A DNA stretch of 64,000 nucleotides. It comes from Planctomycetota bacterium (GTDB lineage: Bacteria; Planctomycetota; Phycisphaerae; Phycisphaerales; SM1A02). Positions 1 through 10,716 of this stretch are shown here, piece after piece. The position numbers and the translations under genes were made by a program. Positions within the stretch are counted from its first letter, which is position 1. Every line of letters begins with the position of its first letter. The stretch spans positions 8,915 to 72,914 of the forward strand of contig JACNLO010000051.1 in NCBI GenBank assembly GCA_014381555.1, read 5' to 3'. Under the pieces are notes generated by a model, which was not told where the DNA came from, searched no databases, and was given only the letters and a program-made list of their open reading frames with translations.

Positions 1-1
1 A

Positions 2-571
2 ATTCTTGTTCCAGCAGTTGATGCAATGCGACGAGACGGGATTGAGTACCGAGGAGTTTTATACGCAGGACTGATGCTCACAACCGCTGGCCCTAAAGTA
101 TTGGAATTTAATTGTCGGTTCGGCGATCCTGAAACTCAACCATTGATGGCTAGATTCAAAGGTGACTTACTTGATGTTCTTTGGCGAACTGCTTCGGGAA
201 CATTAGATGGTGGCGAGATTGATTTTGAAGAAGATGTGTCGTGCTGCGTTGTAATGTGTAGTGAAGGATATCCTGGCCCATACGTAAAAGGGCAAACAAT
301 TACTGGTATTGAAACCGCAGAAGCCTCTGGCGACATAGTAGTATTTCATGCAGGAACTGATTGTAGTGGGAAAGAATTGGTTACTTCTGGTGGTCGTGTG
401 CTTGGCGTAACTGCAATTGCTAATTCAATAGAAGAAGCTAGAACAAATGCAAATAATGCTTGTGGATTAATTAACTTTAACGGTGCATTCTGGCGAAGCG
501 ATATTGGATGCCGACAAAATGAATCCATAAACAAAAAAACTTCTACTATCGATGCCGTTTCCGGCGCGTAG
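2..571 (+). CDS. purD: phosphoribosylamine--glycine ligase (GAR synthetase), C-terminal part; 5' end lies upstream of the window
   Basis: The frame is open from the window edge. The translated GVLYAGLMLT..GPKVLEFNCRFGDPETQ segment and the C-terminal GGRVLGVTA segment are typical of PurD. Confidence 0.85.
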   Translation: MLVPAVDAMRRDGIEYRGVLYAGLMLTTAGPKVLEFNCRFGDPETQPLMARFKGDLLDVLWRTASGTLDGGEIDFEEDVSCCVVMCSEGYPGPYVKGQTITGIETAEASGDIVVFHAGTDCSGKELVTSGGRVLGVTAIANSIEEARTNANNACGLINFNGAFWRSDIGCRQNESINKKTSTIDAVSGA

Positions 572-2579
572 CCTTCTTATTTTTTGGAATCGGGGTTCCT
601 TCTTGGAGGGCGCTGATTTCATCTCGCAAAGTTGCTGCAAGCTCAAATTCAAGTTGTTTAGCAGCTCTAAGCATTTCGTTTTCAAGTGCTTCTATTCGTT
701 CGTCTAAATCAAACTCTTCATCAGTGCCATCTGCATGAAACGCTTCCCGAGCAGTTTGCCGAGCAGACAATTCGTTTTCGATACCCTTGCGAATGGACTT
801 CTTAATTGATTCGGGAGTGATGTTATTCTCTCGATTGTACTCAAGTTGTAATATTCTCCTTCGATCTGTTTCATCCATTGCATTTTGCATTTGAGATGTG
901 ATTGAATCACCGTAAAGAATCACTCGTGCATTCACATTTCTAGCTGCACGACCAATGGTTTGAATTAGACTGGTTTCACTTCGCAAGAAACCTGATTTGT
1001 CTGCATCAAGAATACAAACTAATGAAACTTCAGGTAAATCAAGTCCTTCGCGTAATAGGTTCACACCAATTAGCAAATCAAAGTTACCTTGCCGTAGTTC
1101 TCTCAATATTGTTAGTCGCTCAAGAGTTTCGATATCACTATGCAAATAGCGGCATTTGAGCTTTGTTTTGGAAATATATTCAGATAAATCTTCTGCCATC
1201 CGTTTTGTCAAAACCGTAACAAGGATTCGTTCACCTATTTTGACACGTTCTTTTGCTTCTCGGATTAAATCGGGGACTTGATCTGAAGCAGGTCGCACCT
1301 CGATGATAGGATCTAGGAGACCAGTTGGACGAATGACTTGTTGTGCAACAATTCCCTCACATTTTTCAAGTTCGTAGGGTCCAGGCGTAGCAGAAACATA
1401 AATTGTTTGAGGGATTAATTCTTCAAATTCATCAAACATAAGTGGTCTGTTATCGAGTGTGCTTGGTAGGCGAAATCCATGTTCAATAAGCGTACGTTTT
1501 CTTGCTTGGTCTCCGTTATACATTGCACGAACTTGTGGGAGTGTGACGTGTGATTCATCAATAAAAAGTAGCCAATCGTTTGGCTCTCGGTTTGGAATGT
1601 GACTAAAGTAATCAAGCAAGCAGAATGGGCGACTTCCAGCAGGTCGGTTTTCTAAATGTCTTGCATAATTTTCAATCCCGCTACAGTATCCAACTTCTTC
1701 AATCATTTCTAAGTCGTACTTTGTTCGTGCAAGAATACGCTGCGCCTCTAGAAGTTTGCCTTCATTTTTTAGGTTAATCACATGCATTTCTAACTCTTCA
1801 CGTATGTCAACACACGCCCTTTTTAATCCTTCTTGAGGCATGACATAATGCACCGCGGGAAAGATAAACGCATCGGTTTCATTAGCAAGAGTTTCACCAG
1901 ATACTGGGTGGATAAGTTCGATTCTTTCTATGACGTCTCCGAAAAACTCAACTCGAATTGCAAATTGTTCATATGCAGGAAATATTTCCATGACATCGCC
2001 ACGAACTCGGAAGCACCCGCGACCGAATTCAATATCATTACGTTTGTATTGCATCTCTGTAAGTTCAAGCAGTAATTCTCTGCGATTAATAGTTTGTCCA
2101 CAGGTTAGCGGGACGATTCTATTTTGATATGAATCTGGTGAACCAAGTCCATAAATACAACTCACAGACGAAACGATGATGACGTCTTCTCTAGAAACAA
2201 GACTGCTTGTAGCTTTTAGTCGTAATCGATCGAGGTCATCGTTTCGTGCAGCATCCTTTTCAATATAAATATCACGCTGAGGAATATATGCTTCTGGTTG
2301 ATAGTAATCGTAGTAACTTACAAAATAGGAAACTGCATTATGTGGAAATAAAGCTCGCATCTCTTCGAAGAGTTGGGCTGCTAAAGTTTTGTTATGGCTT
2401 AGTATTAGCGTAGGTTTGTTTGTTTTTGCAATAACATTCGCCATCGTGAATGTTTTTCCAGTTCCAGTCGCACCGAGTAATGTTTTGTATTTTTCCCCAC
2501 CTTCAATCCACGATACAAGTTGATCGATTGTTTTGGGCTGGTCGCCCTTAGGATCGAATTCGCTAACAAGTTGGAACAT
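546..2579 (-). CDS. uvrB: excinuclease ABC subunit B
   Basis: 677-aa ORF with Walker A GATGTGKTF, YYDYYQPEAY, helicase DESH box and a C-terminal UVR coiled-coil segment. Its 3' end overlaps purD convergently. Confidence 0.97.
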   Translation of the reverse strand: MFQLVSEFDPKGDQPKTIDQLVSWIEGGEKYKTLLGATGTGKTFTMANVIAKTNKPTLILSHNKTLAAQLFEEMRALFPHNAVSYFVSYYDYYQPEAYIPQRDIYIEKDAARNDDLDRLRLKATSSLVSREDVIIVSSVSCIYGLGSPDSYQNRIVPLTCGQTINRRELLLELTEMQYKRNDIEFGRGCFRVRGDVMEIFPAYEQFAIRVEFFGDVIERIELIHPVSGETLANETDAFIFPAVHYVMPQEGLKRACVDIREELEMHVINLKNEGKLLEAQRILARTKYDLEMIEEVGYCSGIENYARHLENRPAGSRPFCLLDYFSHIPNREPNDWLLFIDESHVTLPQVRAMYNGDQARKRTLIEHGFRLPSTLDNRPLMFDEFEELIPQTIYVSATPGPYELEKCEGIVAQQVIRPTGLLDPIIEVRPASDQVPDLIREAKERVKIGERILVTVLTKRMAEDLSEYISKTKLKCRYLHSDIETLERLTILRELRQGNFDLLIGVNLLREGLDLPEVSLVCILDADKSGFLRSETSLIQTIGRAARNVNARVILYGDSITSQMQNAMDETDRRRILQLEYNRENNITPESIKKSIRKGIENELSARQTAREAFHADGTDEEFDLDERIEALENEMLRAAKQLEFELAATLRDEISALQEGTPIPKNKKATRRKRHR

Positions 2580-2588
2580 GGCGTGGGG

Positions 2589-2969
2589 TTAGATAGGGTA
2601 CTTACCGTCGTAGGATGTTTGGTTCATGAGACCCTCGCAATCAGCAGATCCATCAACTCGAATTTTGACTAGCCACCCAGTTCCAAACGGGTCGCTATTA
2701 AGAAGTGAAGGGTCATCTGAAACAGAATCGTTTACTTCTATTATTTCTCCAGCGAAGGCACTCACAACGTCACTCGTGGTCTTGACAGATTCAACCTCGC
2801 ATGCGGACCCATTTTTATCAAGAATTGTCCCGATTGGCTGCATCTCAACATACGTGATATCAGTAAGTTCGTTTGCTGCAAATTGAGTAATTCCTAGAGT
2901 TACGGTATCACCGTCAATTTTGAACCATTCATGAGAATTAGAAAAACAACAATCAGATGGGGTTGGCAT
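2589..2969 (-). CDS. gcvH: glycine cleavage system H protein
   Basis: 126 aa with the lipoyl-lysine motif ESVKTTSDV. An AAAGGAGGT Shine-Dalgarno sits just upstream of the start. Confidence 0.93.
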   Translation of the reverse strand: MPTPSDCCFSNSHEWFKIDGDTVTLGITQFAANELTDITYVEMQPIGTILDKNGSACEVESVKTTSDVVSAFAGEIIEVNDSVSDDPSLLNSDPFGTGWLVKIRVDGSADCEGLMNQTSYDGKYPI

Positions 2970-3065
2970 AGAGAAGACCTCCTTTAGGGTTGATGTGGGG
3001 TGGTATAGTACCCCTTTCCTTCAGCACTGCAAATCCAAGAAATGTAGTTTGCCCAGAAACTTTTT

Positions 3066-3833
3066 ATGACCGTATTACTCACGCTCGCAATTCAATCATT
3101 AAACCAACTCCTTGAAGATGGAAGTGTGGATGTCTTGGATGTACCACAATTATCATCGGAAAAATTGGACCTTAGGGGAGTGATGATAGATGCGGAGCAT
3201 CTTTCGGGCTGGACGATTGATTCATATGATATTTTTCGTAATAACGCAGATAAGGCGAACTCGCCTTGTCTTCTCGTACGAGACAATACACCGATGGATT
3301 TGCTTGGTAGCAAGGAAGCATCCCTCGAACGAATACAACGGCTCTCGGTGGCAGCACATCGATTGGGATGCAATGCGATTGCAATTACTCCTAAATTCCC
3401 AAAAGAACAGAACGAAGTCGATACGATTGTTGAAACTATTAGGTTTGCAATGCATGGCGTAGAGCGGCTCGAACTTAACTTGCTGTTGCAGCCATGTGAT
3501 GGGCTGTCTAGCAATCCAGATGAGCACATTGAAATAATCAAACAAATTGGGGGTTTTCGAATAGGGGCACTTCCAACTTTTAAATATGCGGGGGCAACAG
3601 GAGATGGCATTGATGCACTACGTAAACTTGCTCCTTACGCAGGAGGAATTGTTGCTGATTTTCCAAGTGGTTCAGGGAAGAAAAAAATTGATTTAATGGA
3701 AGGTCTAAAAGCTGTTCTCGAAGTTGGTTATTCAAACACTATTGCAATCAATTACACAGGGAAGGGCGATGCGATTAAAGAGATTCGTAAGGTAGCAAGA
3801 AAAATGCAAAAACATTTTGACGGGGGGAAGTAA
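3066..3833 (+). CDS. hypothetical protein, possibly xylose-isomerase-like TIM-barrel fold (function not established)
   Basis: 255-aa ORF that fits the gap between gcvH and cmk. It has alternating beta/alpha-like hydrophobic periodicity but no diagnostic motif that I recognise. Confidence 0.5.
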   Translation: MTVLLTLAIQSLNQLLEDGSVDVLDVPQLSSEKLDLRGVMIDAEHLSGWTIDSYDIFRNNADKANSPCLLVRDNTPMDLLGSKEASLERIQRLSVAAHRLGCNAIAITPKFPKEQNEVDTIVETIRFAMHGVERLELNLLLQPCDGLSSNPDEHIEIIKQIGGFRIGALPTFKYAGATGDGIDALRKLAPYAGGIVADFPSGSGKKKIDLMEGLKAVLEVGYSNTIAINYTGKGDAIKEIRKVARKMQKHFDGGK

Positions 3834-3835
3834 CA

Positions 3836-4522
3836 ATGGAGCGATTGCAACGATTGGTGGTGACTATAGATGGATCTGCGGGCACAGGCAAATCGACTGT
3901 TGCTCAAGAACTTGCTAAGCGTCTGGGGACAGAGTGTCTTGACACAGGTGCTATGTATCGAGCAGTAACCGTTCTTGCAGTTGATCACGGTTTTGATCCA
4001 ACAAATGGAAAGAGTCTTTCTACTGCAATTCGAGAGATAGGAATTCGCTTTGATTGGAAGCAGAAACCACCAACAATTTACTTGGGAGAAGAAAATGTAT
4101 CTCAAAGAATTCGTGATCTTGAAATAGGCAATATCGTTTCTGTTGTTGCAAAACAACCAGAAGTTCGAGAAGTCCTCGTAGAACAGCAGCGTGAGATAAG
4201 TAAAACACACCCATTACTCGTCACCGAAGGTCGAGACCAGGGTTCAGTTGTTTTTCCACAGGCATCAGTTCGTTTTTTCTTAAAAGCTGATGTAGAAGAA
4301 CGTACAAATCGCCGTCTAAAACAACTTCAAGATTCGGGTTCGAAGGCTGATACTGAGGAAGTTCGTAAAAATATCGAAACGAGAGATCATATAGACTCAA
4401 CGAGAGAAGATGGCCCATTGGTTTGCCCCGATGGAGCAATTGTCATTGATACGTCAAAAATGACAATCACAGAAGTGGTTGATGCAATGGAATCAGAAGT
4501 GACAGCACTATTGAATTGTTGA
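3836..4522 (+). CDS. cmk: (d)CMP kinase (cytidylate kinase)
   Basis: P-loop GSAGTGKST followed by LDTGAMYRA; 228 aa. Confidence 0.92.
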   Translation: MERLQRLVVTIDGSAGTGKSTVAQELAKRLGTECLDTGAMYRAVTVLAVDHGFDPTNGKSLSTAIREIGIRFDWKQKPPTIYLGEENVSQRIRDLEIGNIVSVVAKQPEVREVLVEQQREISKTHPLLVTEGRDQGSVVFPQASVRFFLKADVEERTNRRLKQLQDSGSKADTEEVRKNIETRDHIDSTREDGPLVCPDGAIVIDTSKMTITEVVDAMESEVTALLNC

Positions 4523-5208
4523 TGTTTTCATCTCTGCAAATACATCGACGAGCACCGGGATTAAGTGCTTGGAAAACCTTGTTCTGGTGGATATTTATGA
4601 TTAGTGTTTTGCGGTTGCTACTTCGCATTTTTTATAGATATAAATGTTATGGACGAGAACATGTGCCACGAACTGGACCGATTCTATATATCGCAAATCA
4701 TCAGTCAAACTTTGACCCAGCGATTGTAGGTGCCCTTGTCTCCGATAGACCATTTAAAGGGATAGCTAAAGAAGAACTCTTCAATTCAAAATTGTTAACA
4801 GCGTATATGCGTGGATTTGGAGTTATCTCAATAAAGAGAGGCGAAAGCGACATGTCGGCAATTCGAAGCGCTCTGGCAGAATTTGCTTTAGGCAGATGCG
4901 TCATGATGTTTCCCGAAGGCACGCGGACAAAGGATGGAGAAATTGGTAAGTTTCAGCGTGGGTTTTGGCTCCTTGTCAAAAAAAGTAAGGCGACTATTGT
5001 GCCAATTGGAATTGACGGCGCGTTCGATGCATATCCAGCTGGAAGTAAACCTAAGCTACGTGGTAATATTCATGCAGCAGTAGGCACTCCGATTACATCT
5101 GATGAAGTGTTATCGATGGGTGAAGAAGCCGGCACAGCGCATGTACGTTCAATCATCGAAGGATTGATGTTGCAATGTCGCGAGAATATTTCTCAATCTT
5201 CAAAATAA
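4516..5208 (+). CDS. plsC: 1-acyl-sn-glycerol-3-phosphate acyltransferase family protein
   Basis: HX4D motif NHQSNFDP and FPEGTRT motif, with an N-terminal membrane segment. It overlaps the cmk end by 7 nt. Confidence 0.85.
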   Translation: MLMFSSLQIHRRAPGLSAWKTLFWWIFMISVLRLLLRIFYRYKCYGREHVPRTGPILYIANHQSNFDPAIVGALVSDRPFKGIAKEELFNSKLLTAYMRGFGVISIKRGESDMSAIRSALAEFALGRCVMMFPEGTRTKDGEIGKFQRGFWLLVKKSKATIVPIGIDGAFDAYPAGSKPKLRGNIHAAVGTPITSDEVLSMGEEAGTAHVRSIIEGLMLQCRENISQSSK

Positions 5209-5985
5209 CAGAGGAATTGATCCTGAGAATAATTTGTATCCAGCGACAACAACTAGCACCGAAAATACAATTCGTATCGCCTTACTTGGAAGTACCTTTG
5301 TAAGTTTTGCACCAATCCAACCTCCTATGAGAGCCCCGGGAATAATAAGTGCTGCAAGTTTGATAGATTCTCCAACATTTTGATCTGCACTTGGAAGTGA
5401 AACATTCTTAACAGTCGCCCCAACAATCGCTGTGACGAACATAATCGCAGAAGATGTTCCTATTGCTCGTTTGATTGGGAGTTTGCAGAGTCGATTAAGT
5501 AGGGGAACTTGAATTAACCCTCCTCCGATACCAAGTAGACCTGCAAGTGTCCCTGTAATCCCTCCGGTTGCGACAAATTGCTTCATTGTTGCATTGGAAT
5601 TGGTGGGTGTAGTTTTTGATTTACCAACAATGCATTTTATTTGATCCCATAAAACCCAGATCAAAAAAACGGCAAATGTAAATTCAAGCCATGCTCCTTT
5701 AATTTGGTTGCTAAACCATGCAGCTAAAACAATAAAAAGGAGTGACATAGGTAATACTCGCTTGACGACATACCACGACACATTTTTATTTTTGTGATGC
5801 TTCGCAGCGGAAGAAATCGCAACTGCTGGATTTACTGACATCGCAATCGCTTGGGCGAGATGTATGCTCATTGTTGGAATGGAAAAAATAAGTACCGGAA
5901 TCATGATGACTGATCCACCTATTCCAAGTAGTCCGCCAAGGGTTCCAGCGGCGAGTCCAAGGCCTACGAATAATAAAAAATCCAT
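5200..5985 (-). CDS. sulfite exporter TauE/SafE family membrane protein
   Basis: Polytopic membrane protein with duplicated G-rich helices (GGLLGIGGS, GLLGIGGG). The longest ORF reaches 6060 but would overlap the divergent antiporter gene, so the start at MDFLLFVGL (5985) is preferred. The start is uncertain. Confidence 0.72.
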   Translation of the reverse strand: MDFLLFVGLGLAAGTLGGLLGIGGSVIMIPVLIFSIPTMSIHLAQAIAMSVNPAVAISSAAKHHKNKNVSWYVVKRVLPMSLLFIVLAAWFSNQIKGAWLEFTFAVFLIWVLWDQIKCIVGKSKTTPTNSNATMKQFVATGGITGTLAGLLGIGGGLIQVPLLNRLCKLPIKRAIGTSSAIMFVTAIVGATVKNVSLPSADQNVGESIKLAALIIPGALIGGWIGAKLTKVLPSKAIRIVFSVLVVVAGYKLFSGSIPLLF

Positions 5986-6042
5986 CTTAGGATATGGTAC
6001 ACGAATAGGTTGTAAAACAGTTTCCACTGCTGTTATCATGCA

Positions 6043-7686
6043 GTGATGGAGTTTTGGCACGTATTTGGTGACATAACAGTATTGCTTTGTATGGCTGTAC
6101 TTCTGGGTATCATTGCTGAAAAACTCGGATTTAGTGGAGTTGTTGGATATCTTCTTGCTGGCACAATTGTTGGGCCAGGCATGTTAGATTGGGTTTCAAC
6201 AGGAGAAGACGCAATTCGATCTATTGCCGAAATTGGCGTTTCTCTTCTCCTATTCACAATAGGGTTAGAAGTAAATGGGCGCCGGTTAAGACAAATTATG
6301 AGCAAGGGGATGTTCATAGGAATTTTTCAAATTGCTATTACCGGAGTACTTGGTTACGCCATCGCGAGGATTTTTGGCGTCCCAATTAAGGCATCCATTG
6401 TCGTTGGAGCTATGGGTGCGCTGAGTTCGACAGCAGTCGTGTCACGTGTACTCCAGGATCGAAGTGAACTCGACTCTCCACATGGTCGGCTTGCTTTTGG
6501 AATGTTGCTTGTGCAAGATCTTGCCATTGTTCCTTTTATGCTCTTAATTGCGTTTATTCAAGAATCTCCCGAAGCAGTAAATGTTGCTACTTCAATCGGT
6601 AGTGCTGGCGCGAAGTTGGTTGCTCTAGTTGTTGTAGTTTTTTTGGCAGGAGTATTGATTTTGCCGCGCTTCTTTGGTGCAGCATTGATACGGCGCTCCA
6701 GTGAATTTCCAGTGATTCTAGGGATTGTTACATGTTTGTCTTCGATGTGGCTTGCTGATGAATTAGAGTTGTCACCAGCTCTTGGCGCGTTTGTGGCAGG
6801 AATGATTTTGGCTGGTTCACCATTTGCTCCTCAAGTTCGTGGAGATATGGCGCCGTTCAAATATATTTTTCTTACGCTCTTTTTTGCAGTAACTGGAATG
6901 CTTGCAGATTTGCCATGGATAGTAGAATCATTCCATTGGCTTTGGACTATTGGAGTTGTTGCCTGCATAGTTATTGGAAAGGCAGTTGTGATTTGGTTAC
7001 TCGCAATGGCTTGGAAGCAACCAAGGAGAGTTTCGATTGCGACTGGACTTTGCCTTGCTCAAATTGGCGAGTTTAGTTTTGTCATTGGTGTAGAAGCAAT
7101 GGACACAAATTTATTAAGCGATAATATGTTTCAATTGATGATGAGTTCCTCATTGCTAACCCTCCTTCTTTCACCATTTCTCATAGGAAAATCTAGGAAT
7201 ATTGCAAAGGTATTGGATACTGCGCTTGGAGGAGAGCCAATAACAAAACTCTGTAATGATGGGGAAGCATTGCAAGATCATGCTGTTGTAATTGGTTATG
7301 GAGTTTCTGGTCATCTAGTTGTTCAGAGTCTTCTTGAGGCTGGACAACAAGTTCTCGTGATTGACATGGGTCCCATTGGTGTTAAGCAAGCGAGTGACGA
7401 TGGAGCAATTTCGTTACTTGGCAATGCTCAAAGACGTGAAGTTTTGGAACAAGCCGGGATACGGACAGCAAAATTACTTGTGTGCATGCTCCCTGATCAC
7501 AGGTCTTCAGCCCAATCTATTCAACAAATTAGAGCAATTTCTCCTTCGGTTCCAATTGTTGCAAGGGCGAGATACTCAATTCATGCTAGGTCATTAACAG
7601 ATGCAGGTGCAGATGTAGTGGTTGATGAAGAGCAATGTGTAGGGCAATCAATCATAAAAGAAACATTGCAGCAAATTGGTTTATAA
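6043..7686 (+). CDS. cation:proton antiporter (CPA2/Kef type) with C-terminal TrkA-N (RCK) domain
   Basis: About 12 TM helices followed by the Rossmann motif VVIGYGVSGH. Confidence 0.85.
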   Translation: MMEFWHVFGDITVLLCMAVLLGIIAEKLGFSGVVGYLLAGTIVGPGMLDWVSTGEDAIRSIAEIGVSLLLFTIGLEVNGRRLRQIMSKGMFIGIFQIAITGVLGYAIARIFGVPIKASIVVGAMGALSSTAVVSRVLQDRSELDSPHGRLAFGMLLVQDLAIVPFMLLIAFIQESPEAVNVATSIGSAGAKLVALVVVVFLAGVLILPRFFGAALIRRSSEFPVILGIVTCLSSMWLADELELSPALGAFVAGMILAGSPFAPQVRGDMAPFKYIFLTLFFAVTGMLADLPWIVESFHWLWTIGVVACIVIGKAVVIWLLAMAWKQPRRVSIATGLCLAQIGEFSFVIGVEAMDTNLLSDNMFQLMMSSSLLTLLLSPFLIGKSRNIAKVLDTALGGEPITKLCNDGEALQDHAVVIGYGVSGHLVVQSLLEAGQQVLVIDMGPIGVKQASDDGAISLLGNAQRREVLEQAGIRTAKLLVCMLPDHRSSAQSIQQIRAISPSVPIVARARYSIHARSLTDAGADVVVDEEQCVGQSIIKETLQQIGL

Positions 7687-10680
7687 ACCTGGTGCAAATC
7701 CACGACGCATTGTATTTTCACAAATTGCACGGGGTTCAACAAATTGCAAGAGGTAATCGCAACCACCAGCTTTCGAACCAACCCCTGACATTCCGAATCC
7801 GCCAAATGGTTGCCGGCCTACAAGTGCGCCTGTACTACCTCTGTTCAAATATAAGTTTCCGACTCTAAATTGTCTGCGTGCCTTCTCAAGATTTTCAGGT
7901 TTTCTGCTATACACAGCACCTGTTAATTTGTATTCGGTAGAGTTTGCAACTTCAAGGGCTTCGTCAAAATCTTTTACTCGAATAACAGCAAGAACTGGTC
8001 CGAAGATTTCTTCTTGAGCAATAATGCTGTCAGCCTTTATACCAGAGAAAATGTGAGGAGCGATGTACTCACGCCCAGTTTTTTCTTCTAGACCCACTGG
8101 AATTGGTTGAGCAAGTTCAAGTTTTCCTTCACTCTTTCCAATTTCAATATAGCGGCGAATTTCATCCGCGGCATTCTTGTCAATGACAGGCCCAACATCA
8201 GTACTTGGATCCATAACATCACCAATTACCAGAGTCCTTGTTGATTCTATTAAGCGTTCAAGAAAAATATCATGTGCTGAATCGACGACAATGGCACGAC
8301 TACAAGCAGAACATTTTTGTCCTTGGTACCCGAAGGCACTTTGACGTACTCCAATGACTGCTTCATCCAAATCTGCGGAGGCATCGATTATGATGGCATT
8401 TTTTCCACCCATTTCACAGACAACCTTCTTCACAAATGGCTGATTTTCTGGAACTTTCCCTGCTGCTTCAAGAATATTTAAGCCCACACCCTTGGAGCCA
8501 GTGAATGCAATAATTGCAACTCGTGGATCTCGTACCATTGCAGATCCAATAATGGATCCAGGTCCTGCTACGAATTGTAATACATCTTTTGGTGCACCTG
8601 CTTCCCAAAGAATTTCACAAAGAAGTTTTGCAATGCCGGTGGTTTGGCCTGCTGGTTTTACAAGAACAGTGTTTCCAGTCACCAGGGCAGCGACTGTCAT
8701 TCCACAACAAATCGCACTTGGGAAGTTCCATGGGCTTATGACGGCACAAACTCCACGAGGTTGGTAGAACTGCTGGTCTAATTCCCCAATAAATGCTCCA
8801 AGACGCGTGTACTCAAAAAGTGAAGGAGCCATTCTTGCGTAATAGTCACAAAAATCAATTGCTTCACAAACCTCTCCATCAGCTTCCCGCCATGTTTTTC
8901 CTGCTTCTTGCATGACAACACCGCAAAGTTCATCGCGTCTTTTACGCATGAGTTTTGCAGCTTTTACAAGAACTTGGGAGCGAATCAATGGATCTTCGTC
9001 TCTCCAAGCAGGGAAAGCATCGTTGGCACGCGAAATTACAGATTCAGCATCTTCCTTTGTTGATAGCAATGTGACTTCTGGAACTTTTGATGCTGCAATA
9101 GCAGCAGCGAAATTTTCTCGTTCTTCTGCAATCGAAAAATCACGGTAGGATTCTGTAAAGAACGGGCGGCCATCTCCAACTCCAGCAACAGAAAGAGAAA
9201 GGGCATGGCGCTCAGGTGCTTCTTGGATTCGTTGTACACCAGGGTCTACATCAGTATGTTGAATATGTGGCGAAGCGAGGAGTACAGATGCATCTGCATC
9301 ATCTACAAAACTGCTACGAAGCCAAGACTCATTTGAAGTATTTTCTAAGAGCCTTCGAACAAGATATGCCATTCCAGGAATCATTTCGCCAACAGGAACA
9401 TATTCTCTTAACCGTAATCCATCAGCAAGAACACCAGATTTTAATTCGTCAGCCATTCCACGAAGCATTTGTAATTCTAATGCTGCAGATGGAAGCCCAC
9501 GTTTTTCTAATAGTGCAAGGGCGGTTGCAATTGACCGGATGTTGTGCGACCCGAGCGCAAGTTTAACGCCTCCTTCATTTTCTTTAACTGGAGTCGATTC
9601 AATGAACAGTGCCGCCATTCTCTCAAAGCATGCGTCTGTATCAACTTTCCGGCTCCAGACTGGAACAGGCCATCCCATTTCTTCAGCATGAATAGTTTCG
9701 TAATCCCAATACGCACCTTTTACAAGTCGAACAGTAATTTGTTTCCCAGTTCGTTTTGTCCACTCAATAATTTTCTTTGCGTCCTCATCTCCACTTCGCA
9801 AATAAGCTTGCATAGCTAGTCCTGCTGTGAAGTTTATTTCTTCGCAGCATTTCATGAATAAGTCGAGTGTAAGATCTTTATACTCGAATTGTTCCATATC
9901 GAAATTAATCAGTGTGCCATTCTTTTCCGCTTCTTCAAGTATTGGTCGAAGCGCTTCAAACAAACCCTGCACAGAAACATCGTGTGCAATCGGATCTGTA
10001 TTTGAGAAGAGTGAACTAATTTTAATAGATACATTTGTCCGTGGAATTGAGCCGATGTGATCGTTTTCAAGTACTGGCTTAGTCTCCCAAGTAGATACCG
10101 TGTCAGGTAAATTCGTCAGTAAGTCCAAATACCGTTGTCGATATTCGGTTGCTTCCGAATCACTTACGCAAGCTTCACCAAGAAGATCGACGGAAAAAGC
10201 AACGCCTTCATCCCATATTTTTTCGAGTTCTTGAAGTGCTGAAGCAGCATCTGTTCCAGCAATAAAGCGTTTCGCCATTTTTGTAATTTGGCTTGTGACA
10301 GTTTTTGTCATTGTGCCTTGTGCGATTCCGCCCGCCTTTAATCCCAATCCAAGACCCGGAGGTAATTTGACGCCGGGTTGTGAGAGGTAATCAACAAGAT
10401 GTTCGTGCACCTGCTCTGGTGTAACTAAAGTGGGGAATGTATCAACAAATCTGAAGAGTTGAATTTTAAAATCCTCATCTTCCATTGCCCAGTCCATCAA
10501 TTTGTTAGACCAAAAAGCAGTGGAGAACCACGATTGCTTTTGTGACCGAGCATAATCGAGGAGTTGAGTTCCAATCGCTTGTATTCGTTGCTCTGTTGCA
10601 GAATCAAACACGCTTGCAGAATTGACTGAGGTTTGCGCTTGCGTGATTGTGACAGTGTTTTTTCGTTTGAAGAATGCCAT
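7681..10680 (-). CDS. putA: bifunctional proline dehydrogenase / L-glutamate gamma-semialdehyde (P5C) dehydrogenase
   Basis: 999 aa. The N-terminal half is PRODH-like (VRLVKGAYWDYE). The C-terminal half is an aldehyde dehydrogenase with EMGGKNA and catalytic GQKCSA. Confidence 0.9.
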   Translation of the reverse strand: MAFFKRKNTVTITQAQTSVNSASVFDSATEQRIQAIGTQLLDYARSQKQSWFSTAFWSNKLMDWAMEDEDFKIQLFRFVDTFPTLVTPEQVHEHLVDYLSQPGVKLPPGLGLGLKAGGIAQGTMTKTVTSQITKMAKRFIAGTDAASALQELEKIWDEGVAFSVDLLGEACVSDSEATEYRQRYLDLLTNLPDTVSTWETKPVLENDHIGSIPRTNVSIKISSLFSNTDPIAHDVSVQGLFEALRPILEEAEKNGTLINFDMEQFEYKDLTLDLFMKCCEEINFTAGLAMQAYLRSGDEDAKKIIEWTKRTGKQITVRLVKGAYWDYETIHAEEMGWPVPVWSRKVDTDACFERMAALFIESTPVKENEGGVKLALGSHNIRSIATALALLEKRGLPSAALELQMLRGMADELKSGVLADGLRLREYVPVGEMIPGMAYLVRRLLENTSNESWLRSSFVDDADASVLLASPHIQHTDVDPGVQRIQEAPERHALSLSVAGVGDGRPFFTESYRDFSIAEERENFAAAIAASKVPEVTLLSTKEDAESVISRANDAFPAWRDEDPLIRSQVLVKAAKLMRKRRDELCGVVMQEAGKTWREADGEVCEAIDFCDYYARMAPSLFEYTRLGAFIGELDQQFYQPRGVCAVISPWNFPSAICCGMTVAALVTGNTVLVKPAGQTTGIAKLLCEILWEAGAPKDVLQFVAGPGSIIGSAMVRDPRVAIIAFTGSKGVGLNILEAAGKVPENQPFVKKVVCEMGGKNAIIIDASADLDEAVIGVRQSAFGYQGQKCSACSRAIVVDSAHDIFLERLIESTRTLVIGDVMDPSTDVGPVIDKNAADEIRRYIEIGKSEGKLELAQPIPVGLEEKTGREYIAPHIFSGIKADSIIAQEEIFGPVLAVIRVKDFDEALEVANSTEYKLTGAVYSRKPENLEKARRQFRVGNLYLNRGSTGALVGRQPFGGFGMSGVGSKAGGCDYLLQFVEPRAICENTMRRGFAPGL

Positions 10681-10716
10681 AAGTTGAGCATTCTAGCCAA
10701 CGCGAGCGAGATTGGT

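Noticed and set aside
2970-3065. Expected glycine riboswitch upstream of gcvH, and likewise an FMN riboswitch upstream of ribD at 19038-19117.
   Set aside because: The spacers (96 nt and 80 nt) are too short and lack the conserved cores of those aptamers. The ribD spacer is largely occupied by the fusA terminator.
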